Assembly (NCBI GenBank): GCA_963702845.1
Contig: OY969763.1
Span: 4,256,001 to 4,320,000, forward strand
Reading direction: 5' to 3'
Length of the DNA: 64,000 nucleotides
Origin: an uncultured Verrucomicrobiae bacterium
Lineage (GTDB): Bacteria > Verrucomicrobiota > Verrucomicrobiia > Limisphaerales > Palsa-1400
Every line of letters starts with the position of its first letter. Position 1 is the stretch's first letter. Shown here piece by piece: positions 41,674-51,051 of the stretch. Both the position numbers and the translations under genes were made by a program. The notes beneath the pieces were generated by a model. The model ran no database searches, was not told the DNA's origin, and saw nothing but the letters and a program-made list of their open reading frames with translations.

Positions 41674-41885
41674 TCGGACGCTTCGGACGGGGGGACGAAA
41701 CTCCTTTAGCGTGTACGTATTAATATTCTCTTTTTTTGTGCCCCGTACAATGAGTTTTGAATACCCGTCCGAAGCGTCCGAGAATCTTCAACAGTTTCGT
41801 CGTTGGACTTTGAAACAGGCGTCCGAGGCGTCCGAACTTTCTCAAAGCTCATTTCGACTTGCGAAGAGGCGTCCGAAGCGTCCGA
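41674..41885. repeat. Iteron-like repeats, candidate replication origin
   Basis: CGTCCGARGCGTCCGA at 41766, 41820, 41870 and inverted at 41674, around an AT-rich core (41718-41738). Confidence 0.65.
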
Positions 41886-42194
41886 ACCAAATAACGGCCC
41901 TAATCGGCTGAAGATCGTGGTTGCCACCCGCTGTTGGTTCGTCGGACTCGCTACTTTGACAGCAATCTCGCGCCGAGGCACCGGTCCTGACCGCTCCCCA
42001 GCCAGCGCAAACACCCTTTTGCGATGCTCCTTGTCCTTCGGATGCACACAGCAACCGAACCGCCCGTCTGGATACACGCGAAGATGCACACCCGTTTTGT
42101 CGTTGCCACTTTCGGCGCACGCCGGGCAGCGCGCGCGCTTCATCCCGTTGCTTAGATCGACAACCTTTTCCAACTTCGACAAATCAAGGCTCAT
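41706..42194 (-). CDS. Zn-binding hypothetical protein downstream of primase
   Basis: ARCPACAESGNDKTGVHL..GCC; overlaps primase stop. Confidence 0.6.
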   Translation of the reverse strand: MSLDLSKLEKVVDLSNGMKRARCPACAESGNDKTGVHLRVYPDGRFGCCVHPKDKEHRKRVFALAGERSGPVPRREIAVKVASPTNQQRVATTIFSRLGPLFGSDASDASSQVEMSFEKVRTPRTPVSKSNDETVEDSRTLRTGIQNSLYGAQKKRILIRTR

Positions 42195-44152
42195 GCGCGA
42201 ACCTCGCCTTCATCGATGCGAAACTTCACCCCGTTGAAACCGCGTTGATTCTTATCCTCGCGTTTGATGTCATGCCGTTTGGTCACGCCAAACATTTCCA
42301 GCATCAACCCCTCCAGCTTGCCTTGCACCTCAGTGATCGGCAGCGGTTGCCACCGACGCTCTGGACAGAAGGCGGCATACGCCTCAACAAGCTCGCTCGT
42401 TGTCACATCGCCAAAACTGTCCGCAATAACGCGCTCCTCCAGGAAGCACCGCAAGCTATCGCTCTCAGCCAGCAACGAGTCCACAATCCCGCGCTGTCGC
42501 GCTGTTAAAACCAAATCGCCACCTTCGTCCGGGATCTCCGTCAGAACTTTGCGCGCACCCTCCAGCGCCCAATTCAAAATGCCGCTGCCTTCCGTGCGAA
42601 TGAGATAGCCGCCAAAGTCAGGAATCTTCTTCGCAGGAGGCGGCGATTCGTAGCGCACGATGTTGAGCCGCCGGCGCCATGCGCCAACGTCGCCCTGCAA
42701 TCGAACACGCAAACGCGCGTTCGACGTGATCAACACGTTGAACGTCCCTTGCACCTGGAATGAACCCGTGCCGCCTTTTTGTTCGGCATCGAACCAGTCA
42801 CCACCAACCAACCCTTTCAAAACCGCCGCACCTTTGGTGCTCAGAAAATCTGCTTCCACGTCGACGCCGACGAGCAGCGTCTTTTTCAAGTAGCGAAACA
42901 ACTCAAACCGCTCCGCCAACTGCTTCGTGCGCAGTTGAGTGACGTTGGTCATGCCGATAAGACCCTGCATGACATTGGCGAACTGCGTTTTGCCGCGACC
43001 GGCTTCACCGTCCAAAATCAAAAACCGCTGCGCTCGGTTCTGACCGAGCAACATCATGCCGGCAAACCGTTGCAGAAGACTGACGTCCTCGGGATCCACC
43101 GCCGGCATGACCAGCTCATTCAGGAATCGCTCGCACTTTGCGTTCTCATCGAACGCAATCGGCGAGCGGTTGCGCGATCGGAACTCAGGCGAGAACGGCT
43201 GCAGCTCTGCTTCGCTGCCGTTGAAGACAACGACGCCGTTGGCCAGGTGAATCGTTTTGCGCTTCTCCTTAAACGCGTCGCGCTTTTCGGTGAGTCCGCG
43301 CAAATGCGCGATCACCGAATTGAGCGTCTTTGCCGTGCGCCGCTTCTCGAGGTCGAACACCTTCGCTTGCCGCGACGCTTCAAGCATGCGGCTCGAAATC
43401 TTATTGCGGATCGCATCGCTGGACTGAACTTCGTAAAGCCCGGTGCTCGCTTGATACGCGTAAAACTCCAGCTCCTCGGGCTCGAAAAGAATCTCGTTCT
43501 CCGCGGCGTGCAAGCCCGCCCAATACTCTTCGTTGATGCCGGTGACCGCTCCTTTGTCAGTCGTGTAGAAGGGCTCACCGTGCCGCTCGCGCAACTTTTC
43601 ATCGCTCGCGGTGAGCCATGGCAATTCCCATTCCTTCGGCCAAACGATCTCCGCAAAGGGCAAAGACACTGGCGCGACATCGACGACAAGCTGGTAATCC
43701 ATGCCTGCCGGATGCCGGCCGTAAATTGTTGAAAGCCGTCCATCCGCCCGCCATTCGAAATGCTTGTGCTCCGGATTGCAGCTCTTCGGAAAATCAGCTT
43801 GAATGCGCACCCACAACATCGCGCCGCGACTGCCGCGCGAGCGCGTCGTCGCTTCCAGTTTCGGATTGAGCGCGAGAAACGTCGCAAGGTCTTCATCCGA
43901 ATCAAAATCAATCGCGCACAACCCGCCCGAAATCTTGCCGAGGTAAATGGCAATGTTCGTTTCTCGTGCGGCAAAGATTGCACGATACGCTTCGGTTTTC
44001 GTGCCCTCAAACGGCCGCGCCACATACGTGACCAGCGGTCTCTTTGTCCCGAATTCACACGGAACAAAGAAAACATCCTCCCCGAAAAGCTCAACGAACC
44101 TTTGCAGGCCATTACTTCGGGAAACGGGTTGCAACGACTCAGGAGCGCTCAT
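42191..44152 (-). CDS. Bifunctional primase-polymerase / D5-type SF3 helicase (P4-family primase)
   Basis: CAIDFD prim-pol motif, GRHPAG; GEAGRGKT Walker A; ITSN motif C; AWRRRL. Confidence 0.88.
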   Translation of the reverse strand: MSAPESLQPVSRSNGLQRFVELFGEDVFFVPCEFGTKRPLVTYVARPFEGTKTEAYRAIFAARETNIAIYLGKISGGLCAIDFDSDEDLATFLALNPKLEATTRSRGSRGAMLWVRIQADFPKSCNPEHKHFEWRADGRLSTIYGRHPAGMDYQLVVDVAPVSLPFAEIVWPKEWELPWLTASDEKLRERHGEPFYTTDKGAVTGINEEYWAGLHAAENEILFEPEELEFYAYQASTGLYEVQSSDAIRNKISSRMLEASRQAKVFDLEKRRTAKTLNSVIAHLRGLTEKRDAFKEKRKTIHLANGVVVFNGSEAELQPFSPEFRSRNRSPIAFDENAKCERFLNELVMPAVDPEDVSLLQRFAGMMLLGQNRAQRFLILDGEAGRGKTQFANVMQGLIGMTNVTQLRTKQLAERFELFRYLKKTLLVGVDVEADFLSTKGAAVLKGLVGGDWFDAEQKGGTGSFQVQGTFNVLITSNARLRVRLQGDVGAWRRRLNIVRYESPPPAKKIPDFGGYLIRTEGSGILNWALEGARKVLTEIPDEGGDLVLTARQRGIVDSLLAESDSLRCFLEERVIADSFGDVTTSELVEAYAAFCPERRWQPLPITEVQGKLEGLMLEMFGVTKRHDIKREDKNQRGFNGVKFRIDEGEVRA

Positions 44153-44163
44153 ACGCTTCCTCC

Positions 44164-44568
44164 ATGGCGACACCCAACCACAAACATGGCAACAGCTACC
44201 CGTTCGAGCAGATTCGCGAGGCATACGGAGCCGACGCGCCGAATGCGGCGAAATCGCCTTATCTTCTGTTCAATGGCGACGAGATCGTAGCGCTGTGCCT
44301 GCAACACAGGTTCAATCCGGAACCTGGCGAAATTTGGGTTGGTGACGATGCGCCCCTCGCAGAATCGGGCAAGCAACTCGCAGCGCTTAAAGACAAGAAA
44401 ACGCTTCCGCTTTATTTCCGAGCGCGCGGCCGCAAGTTTTTTGAGTTTAAGGGCCACCATTTCATCACAGGCGACACCGCAGACCCGCAGGAACTCGCCA
44501 AGCGCAAAGGCCCGGTTCCTCTCTCGCGAATCGTCTTTATCAGGCCGGTTCCTCACAAAGCTGTTTAG
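44164..44568 (+). CDS. Hypothetical protein, antisense to operon (moron-like)
   Basis: 134-aa ORF filling the gap between minus-strand genes. Confidence 0.55.
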   Translation: MATPNHKHGNSYPFEQIREAYGADAPNAAKSPYLLFNGDEIVALCLQHRFNPEPGEIWVGDDAPLAESGKQLAALKDKKTLPLYFRARGRKFFEFKGHHFITGDTADPQELAKRKGPVPLSRIVFIRPVPHKAV

Positions 44569-44618
44569 TGCCGCCGGCGGCGCAGCAAGTCCGGAAGTTG
44601 TTTCGTGCGCTTCCATTC

Positions 44619-45035
44619 TCACTCCGCTTCGCTCCGGTCAGAGTCAAACTCCGCGCTCAACTGCGGCCAGTGGTAGCTAAACCCCGGCTCCTCATCCCAT
44701 TGGCCATGCGCATTTCTTGCAAATCTCTCTGGCCTCAGCACCCCCCTCATCATCACAACGAAAGCTTTGATTTCCTCTCGGACGTGTTCCGCAGTCGTCA
44801 ATTCCGCCGCCTCGACCAGATTTATGAAAAGGTTGTTAATATCGATTAGAAACACTGGCCGAGGATGCTCCTCCGCGCGGAGCCAGACATCATCTTCGAT
44901 AAAAGGAACGTCTCGCGGCGACACCCAAAACTCGCCAGCGGGACCAACGCCAGCCCAAACGAGCTTTGCCTGACGGTTCTCATCAAGCTGTAGTGACCGA
45001 AACCATTTTATGTCTTTTCTGTTCGCAGTATTCAT
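44619..45035 (-). CDS. Phage hypothetical protein
   Basis: AAGGAG RBS; start overlaps helicase stop. Confidence 0.55.
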   Translation of the reverse strand: MNTANRKDIKWFRSLQLDENRQAKLVWAGVGPAGEFWVSPRDVPFIEDDVWLRAEEHPRPVFLIDINNLFINLVEAAELTTAEHVREEIKAFVVMMRGVLRPERFARNAHGQWDEEPGFSYHWPQLSAEFDSDRSEAE

Positions 45036-46327
45036 AAACTCTCCTTGTAGAATTGAATCGCTTCCGGCGACACGTGGACACCCTTGAACCAATCCTTGAA
45101 ATGCAAGCCGGCCAGTGATCGCACCCGCGACACCGCCACGTAAGCCTGCCCAGGATCACGCGCCGCGCGGATGTCCAGATAAGCGGCGTCCAACGTGAGC
45201 CCTTGTGATTTGTGAATTGTCATCGCCCAGGCGAGACGTAGCGGAAATTGCGTGAACGTTCCTGACTCGGGATCATCTTGCGCATAGCGCCAAGTGAACG
45301 GTTCGACATTCACTTCGTCGCCATTCGGCGCGCGCACCACAACAAGGCCGGGATCAATCTTCTCAACGGTACCAACCTGCCCATTTACAAACAGCGGCGT
45401 CATTCGCCCGGGCTCATTCCGGTTGATGGTAAACATCACCATTGCGCCGAGCTTCAACCGCAGCGTTTCCGGTGTGAGCAAATTCTTTTTCAAGAATTCG
45501 CGTTGCTGCTCAGGACCGCTTTGTTCCGCAACCAAGACCGTTTCAACGCCGGGCAATTCGGACAGCTGAAACTCGTTCCACTTGTCCACTTGCACGTTGT
45601 GCGTGTAGAGCCGCGTCAAATTCGCGGGCGGAAAATTGCGAATGCGCGATTGCAGAATCCGCGCCGTCTCTACCCAAACATTTCCGACGCGGAAATTTCC
45701 CAACGCGCGAACAAAGGACGGCTCATCTTGCCGCCGCACCTTTTCGAGAATGATCGTTTTGAACTCAGCGCGTTCCCACGTTTGCGATTGAAACGCCCAA
45801 TCGTAAGGGAGCTCTTCGCCATGTGGCCCACACGCTAGTGTGCGCACGGGTGGCAGTTGGAGAAAGTCACCAATCACGATGACCTGCACGCCGCCGAACG
45901 GCTCATCGCTTCCGCGCAATCGCCGAAAGAGATATTCGATAAAATCCAATTGCCGACCCGGCAGCATCGAGATTTCGTCAATGACGAGGATCTCGCATCG
46001 CTTCACCCGATTAAACCCGGCGAGGATCGACTTGCGCGGATCGCGACGAAGCACGCCGTAGTAATCTTCGTTCGATTGCCCAAGTTGCGGCCCGAGCATC
46101 ATCCCGCAAAACCGGTGAATCGTCATCCCTGACACGTTCAGCGCCGCGACACCCGTTGGCGCGGTGACATCGACTTTGCGCGCGCACTCTCCAATGAAAG
46201 TGCGCAGCAACGTACTTTTGCCCGTGCCGGCCATGCCGGTAAGGAACACGTTGCGCCCGCCGTGCGCCGCACCGAGGAAACGATTTTCCTCGGTAACGAC
46301 CAAATCAATTTCTTCGCTGAACGTCAT
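45032..46327 (-). CDS. PIF1/RecD-like SF1 helicase
   Basis: GMAGTGKS, APTGVAA, TIHRF, IDEISM, GDFLQLPPV, QFPLRLAWAMTIHKSQG, QAYVAVSR. Confidence 0.93.
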   Translation of the reverse strand: MTFSEEIDLVVTEENRFLGAAHGGRNVFLTGMAGTGKSTLLRTFIGECARKVDVTAPTGVAALNVSGMTIHRFCGMMLGPQLGQSNEDYYGVLRRDPRKSILAGFNRVKRCEILVIDEISMLPGRQLDFIEYLFRRLRGSDEPFGGVQVIVIGDFLQLPPVRTLACGPHGEELPYDWAFQSQTWERAEFKTIILEKVRRQDEPSFVRALGNFRVGNVWVETARILQSRIRNFPPANLTRLYTHNVQVDKWNEFQLSELPGVETVLVAEQSGPEQQREFLKKNLLTPETLRLKLGAMVMFTINRNEPGRMTPLFVNGQVGTVEKIDPGLVVVRAPNGDEVNVEPFTWRYAQDDPESGTFTQFPLRLAWAMTIHKSQGLTLDAAYLDIRAARDPGQAYVAVSRVRSLAGLHFKDWFKGVHVSPEAIQFYKESL

Positions 46328-46343
46328 GCGTCTCCTTTGCGAT

Positions 46344-47195
46344 TCAGTTGAGATCAGGACGCATCGAGTTCAACGCCGTCTCGTTCGGCGAGTAACACTT
46401 GATGTATTTCCAAGCGAGATATGCCGCGCCGAAGATTTTCGGATAATCAATATTCTGCGGCCACTCCTTCACATGGACCGGACCAGGCTCAACGCTGTCG
46501 ACAACAACCGAAACCAAGCCGACAACGTTTTTGCCCGTCGACGCATTGATTGCTTCGCGATATGCCGCGAGCTGTAGCGGCCACGTTTCATAGAACGCCG
46601 CTTTCGCTTCACCTTTCGCCGATCGCTTCACCTTCTGCGTTTTGAAATCCACGACGCACCATTGAGAGCCAGTGGCGCTGCCACCTTTGAGCTTTGCGAC
46701 CATGTCGACGCGACCGGCATAAGCGGCCGTTGGATGCACAACCACTTGCTCAATGCAATCAATACGCTCCACGTTCTCGTCGAACCAGCGCACCCAATCC
46801 TGAATGAACGCGAGTAACTTTGGATCGGTGGGAAGTTCTTTGTTGATTGCGTAAGCCTCGCACGCCGCATGAATCGCCGTGCCGAAGTCGGCCGCCTTTT
46901 CAACTTGCTCGCTCATGTCGGTGACAACGCGCCGAGCAAACGTGTCGAGCGGTTCGTCCGCTCTAGGCGGCAATGTCAGCGCCGCCATGATGCCCTGCTC
47001 AATTTTCCAAGCATCCAGCCCAGGTTTGGCGAGCACACCCAAAATGTTCGTGACGCTCGGAAGCGCGAGCACCTTGCGTGCATCGGCCAGCGTGACGGCG
47101 CGGTTGCCGCTGCCGTCCTTCTTCGCGATTTGATGAAATGGCCGACCATCTTGCAGGTACCAATGACTCGGCGCTTGTCGTTCAATCAGTGTCAT
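46344..47195 (-). CDS. PD-(D/E)XK phage exonuclease (Cas4-like fold)
   Basis: PSVTNIL, GTAIH, YAGRVD, VVDFKT, QLAAY. Confidence 0.85.
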   Translation of the reverse strand: MTLIERQAPSHWYLQDGRPFHQIAKKDGSGNRAVTLADARKVLALPSVTNILGVLAKPGLDAWKIEQGIMAALTLPPRADEPLDTFARRVVTDMSEQVEKAADFGTAIHAACEAYAINKELPTDPKLLAFIQDWVRWFDENVERIDCIEQVVVHPTAAYAGRVDMVAKLKGGSATGSQWCVVDFKTQKVKRSAKGEAKAAFYETWPLQLAAYREAINASTGKNVVGLVSVVVDSVEPGPVHVKEWPQNIDYPKIFGAAYLAWKYIKCYSPNETALNSMRPDLN

Positions 47196-47262
47196 AAAAA
47201 TTCCTTTCCAAGAACGCGGGACCAGCCGTTCGACTGGCCCCGCATGACCTTGGCGTCATGGG

Positions 47263-48003
47263 TTAAAACTGGAGATCATCCTTCTTTTCTTGGCCGACGA
47301 ACCACTCGAGCGCAGCAATCAGCCGCTTATCATCGGCTGTCTGCTTTGCCGCTGACTTCGCACCTGGCAGCCATTTTTCCACCAGCGCGTTGACTTGTTC
47401 TTCGCTCAGGTCGCGCAGTTCCAAACCGGCGCAACGACCGACGTGGATTTTCACAGCGCCATGCTCAGTCGCGCCGGCGCCGGCAGGCTGTTGCGAACGG
47501 CGATAGCCGCCGCCATTGCTCGCGCCAGCGGGCGCAGCTTCGGCTTGTTCGCCGGCGTCGCTATCAGTGCGGTCCTTCCTGCGGACGAATGTCCCCGATG
47601 GTTGCAACGGATTGCCGCTCTTATCAGGAGTGCAGGCGATGAGGTTCGAGTAAACCTTGCCATCCTTGTGCTCATGCAGGACGACGAGGTTCGCGGTCTT
47701 GCCGATCAGCGTTTCCGTATCGAAATCGCTCAACTCAGCTTGCGTGAGATCGCGACCAAACCAGCCGCGCAGGAATTTGCGGAAGTTCGCCTTCTCGTTC
47801 AGCGTCGGCGTGAAATTCTTGGACCAGACCGCGAAACGCGTTTTGTCCTCGCGCTCCTTGTCGACCTCGAAAACGACTTTGAACACGTTGCGTTCGCCGA
47901 ATTCGCTTTGCTGCTTGCGCAGCGGGGTTACATCTACACAAACCGCGCGGCCCGTAAATTCGGGACATGGTTCGAAGTTTCCATTGCTAGCATTGATTTT
48001 CAT
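47263..48003 (-). CDS. Phage ssDNA-binding / replication-organiser-like protein
   Basis: FEPCPE..GRAVCVDV, TPTLNEKANFRKFLRGWFGR, acidic DDLQF tail. Confidence 0.65.
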   Translation of the reverse strand: MKINASNGNFEPCPEFTGRAVCVDVTPLRKQQSEFGERNVFKVVFEVDKEREDKTRFAVWSKNFTPTLNEKANFRKFLRGWFGRDLTQAELSDFDTETLIGKTANLVVLHEHKDGKVYSNLIACTPDKSGNPLQPSGTFVRRKDRTDSDAGEQAEAAPAGASNGGGYRRSQQPAGAGATEHGAVKIHVGRCAGLELRDLSEEQVNALVEKWLPGAKSAAKQTADDKRLIAALEWFVGQEKKDDLQF

Positions 48004-48604
48004 TACTGTCTTCTTTCCTTTCAGGTTCAGGGGTTTCGTTAGTGACTGGCGGCAACGTGCCGCGCAGAAATTTGAAAAATGTTTCAGCGGTGAGCGTGAC
48101 GAGCCAGCGGCCCTCGGGGCGGCGGTGAGCGATGACAGCCACCATCGCACCCGCTTCTCGCTCCGCACTTCCCAACGTTTCACGGATATTCAGATGCTTC
48201 CGCTCCCACGCCTCCAAAAACATCCAGGGAAACTTGTCGTGCACAAAATCCAGCAATGCTGCTGCAATCGGGTCTGCCCATTTGCCAGTCACATCTATGC
48301 TGAGAAACCGATAGAATTGCTCGGCCTCCATCGTCACCAGCCAAGGGCAGAAATTCCGTTTGTGCGCAACGATCGGAGCCTTCCCCAATCCGCAATCGCG
48401 TCTCGCCTGCTCCATCGCAGCCTCGATGTTCAGTTGCTGAACGCACTTCACTTCGAAATGGATCCAACTCAGTTCGTCACACACGACGTCTGGTGAATCC
48501 GGCGAGCCGCTGAACTGCTGCCCGCGCCGCGCGATGAACCCTTGCGCACGCAGCTCATCACGCCACAATCGCTCTCCGCGTTTGCCTTTGTTCCTGGAAT
48601 TCAT
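47987..48604 (-). CDS. Holliday junction resolvase (Hjc-like) with duplicated C-terminal half
   Basis: NSRNKGKRGER, ARRGQQFSGSPDSPDV, IHFEVK. Confidence 0.8.
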   Translation of the reverse strand: MNSRNKGKRGERLWRDELRAQGFIARRGQQFSGSPDSPDVVCDELSWIHFEVKCVQQLNIEAAMEQARRDCGLGKAPIVAHKRNFCPWLVTMEAEQFYRFLSIDVTGKWADPIAAALLDFVHDKFPWMFLEAWERKHLNIRETLGSAEREAGAMVAVIAHRRPEGRWLVTLTAETFFKFLRGTLPPVTNETPEPERKEDSNENQC

Positions 48605-48631
48605 TCGCGTCCTTTGCGTCCTTCGCGAGAC

Positions 48632-48859
48632 TCAGTTCCGCCACCCGTGCCGGCACGTTTGTTTCAAGTGCGTATCCACATCGCTCCACTTGAAGAGCAC
48701 AGAATGACCGATCTTGTAGTAAGGAATCATTCCGCGCCGCATCCAGTTATCCACCGTGCGCAGCTTTTTGTTCATTCGTTTGGCGAGTTCCTGCTTGTTG
48801 ATATAAGGCTCAGCAGGAGCGGTCCCGTTATCCAGTTGTGTTTGACTTTCCGTTTTCAT
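48632..48859 (-). CDS. Excisionase/Cro-like HTH protein
   Basis: INKQELAKRM..KLRTVDNW..RGMIPYYKIG.SVLF. Confidence 0.85.
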   Translation of the reverse strand: MKTESQTQLDNGTAPAEPYINKQELAKRMNKKLRTVDNWMRRGMIPYYKIGHSVLFKWSDVDTHLKQTCRHGWRN

Positions 48860-49154
48860 AATTAAATTGCTTCACCTATTGCGCTACTGTTTTCGCGAAC
48901 GAGCCAGTTATAGCGCACGTTTTGAATTTTCTTTTTTGATGCTGAAAACCCCTTGCGAAGATTCGCGCAAAGACGCGCCAGTACGCGACAGGCGCTACAC
49001 TTTTCGCGCATGAAAAAGGTTTTGAAAAAATGTTGACGCGAATTTTTTGTGATTTGCGGCTCGTTGCTTCCGTTCGCGCGCAAATTGTTGTCAGCCCAAG
49101 CGTTGCAATCGCGTAGCAGGCGCATAAACTGCGCACGCAAAGGTAAAAAATTTT

Positions 49155-49607
49155 ATGAGCTTTCTCGGAACCGCCCTGCAACGCATCAGCGACGAACGCG
49201 GACTGACCCACGCCGAAATTGCCCGCCAATCCGGCGTCTCCCGCAGCTTCATCAGCCGCGTGTGCGCCGGCGAATCCCGCGACTTCAGTGATCAACATTT
49301 CGTCGCGATACTCAAAGTCTTCGCTGCCGATCCCAAGTCCCAGGCTGAGATCATCGCAGCACGTTGCACCGATGCCCGGCATCCAGCAGAAGCCGCCGAC
49401 GTCGCCGGTGCTGCTTTGGTTGAAATCACAATCAAACCCACCGGAAAGGCCGAGAAGGGCGAAATCGATCTGACGAACAGGAGCGAAAAATTTCATCTTA
49501 CAAAGGAAGTTGAGGACGCGATTGATTGGTTACGCAGTCAATGTCCAGTTAACCCCGAGCTCCAGCGCCACCTTGTTGGTTACGCCCGTTTGTTGCGCGG
49601 AAAGTAG
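49155..49607 (+). CDS. XRE-family repressor
   Basis: RGLTHAEIARQSGVSRSFISRV HTH; divergent from excisionase-like gene. Confidence 0.85.
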   Translation: MSFLGTALQRISDERGLTHAEIARQSGVSRSFISRVCAGESRDFSDQHFVAILKVFAADPKSQAEIIAARCTDARHPAEAADVAGAALVEITIKPTGKAEKGEIDLTNRSEKFHLTKEVEDAIDWLRSQCPVNPELQRHLVGYARLLRGK

Positions 49608-50079
49608 CGTCTGACCGGCTCGAGAAGCGGACTTTCCGCCGGTTGATTAAGCGTGTCCTGATAAAGCAGCAAATACTTACGTCCCATTTTTGAGCCTCGT
49701 CAGCTATTTGCCGCGACCGGCTTTTCTTCAACGTGCGAATTGCGTTGATAACATTTCGGATGACCGTTTTTTCTGTTTCGGGCAGTGCCGCCCACCACTC
49801 TGGTAACTGTGAGACATTTGTTTTCATGCCGTCCATTTTACAGAGGGGGGTTGGACAGTTACGGGGTGTCACCCCATGAAAGTTATTCACAATTCTGCCT
49901 CGGGTTACGGAAACCACTGATAGTTAACCGGTAATCGTAACAAAAACACTACGCGAACCCTTCCTGATGCTTAGTTCGAATTTCAGGAGGGATGACCTGC
50001 CGCATAACGTCTGCTCATTCTACAAAACCTTTCTTAGCCTTGCGGTCGAGTCCCGGCGCTGTCAAAAGTGCCCAGCATT

Positions 50080-50571
50080 TCACCGCTTGAACTTCCACTT
50101 ACGATTATGGACATCGACAGCCTCAATTTTTCGTTCATCCGTGACGGCCATCATCGTTCCATTAAGAATTGGGACTGAAATGTACCGACCTCCTGGCATT
50201 CTGTATCGGCGATAGCGATTAGGATAATAAAGATATCCAGCGTCATCGCCTGCCGTCGACCAGTCTATTTTGAACGGCCCGAAAGCAACGAATGTCGCGT
50301 TAGACACACGCCCGCTGCTAACACCGGAATCATTTGTGTTGAACGTCGACTTTCCATCAGCGCGCAGGAACCAAGTATAATCTATGACCTCGGGAGACAC
50401 GCTCTGTCTGGTCAGTAAAAATGCGCCATTTGTTCCACCCATCCGCAGCAAGATAACATTGTTGCACGCAATAAGCTCTGGGCCAGTGTTGCTCGGCCGG
50501 CATTTCATCACTGAAAACCAGACCGCCGCCCAGGAGGCAACGAAAAACAATAATATCCACCGTTTCCTCAC
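50080..50571 (-). CDS. Secreted hypothetical protein
   Basis: N-terminal hydrophobic segment; next to attC-like right end at 50581-50601. Confidence 0.55.
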   Translation of the reverse strand: MRKRWILLFFVASWAAVWFSVMKCRPSNTGPELIACNNVILLRMGGTNGAFLLTRQSVSPEVIDYTWFLRADGKSTFNTNDSGVSSGRVSNATFVAFGPFKIDWSTAGDDAGYLYYPNRYRRYRMPGGRYISVPILNGTMMAVTDERKIEAVDVHNRKWKFKR

Positions 50572-50736
50572 GTGGGCGAAGCCTCGCAGCTCAGCGTTAG
50601 ACGTTCAAGGATCAATGGTCGCTTGCATTTGTCTGCACCAGAGCCATCATTTGGAAATTCAGGTATGAACCGGCCGTTCGTATATCAAAATTACCGCGAC
50701 ACCTCGTCGCATAATCATTGTTAGGCAGCTTGCTCT

Positions 50737-51036
50737 ATGCTCGCACTAGGAAACATCAACCCAATCGTACTAGTCGGTGCTGTTTTCCTTATGTTCAATA
50801 TCGCGGCTATCGTAACGCTAATCAGAAGTTTCACCGGCAAGCGTGCAAGCCTTACTCTTTGGATATGGGCAGCGACTGCGTTCGTATTCGGATTAGGTAT
50901 TTCAGTTTTATTTCTCACAGACGGAACAGATTTTTCTGATGACTGGCCGGATTGGCTTCTTGCAATTGTGCCATTGGTTTGCGGTGGTGTTACGTGTTTA
51001 AGAATGCTATTCCTGCGACATGAAAAGGCGGCCTAA
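50737..51036 (+). CDS. Integron cassette membrane protein
   Basis: GTTAGGC (50720) matched by GCCTAAC (51031). Confidence 0.7.
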   Translation: MLALGNINPIVLVGAVFLMFNIAAIVTLIRSFTGKRASLTLWIWAATAFVFGLGISVLFLTDGTDFSDDWPDWLLAIVPLVCGGVTCLRMLFLRHEKAA

Positions 51037-51051
51037 CGATGGCGCTCCAGC

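Noticed and set aside
44856..44873. Ninth copy of the TGGCC hairpin
   Set aside because: Stem GAGGA/TCCTC is present but the loop is TGC rather than GCWA; could be chance
46344..47195. Cas4 / CRISPR adaptation gene
   Set aside because: No Fe-S cysteine cluster; sits in a phage replication/recombination operon
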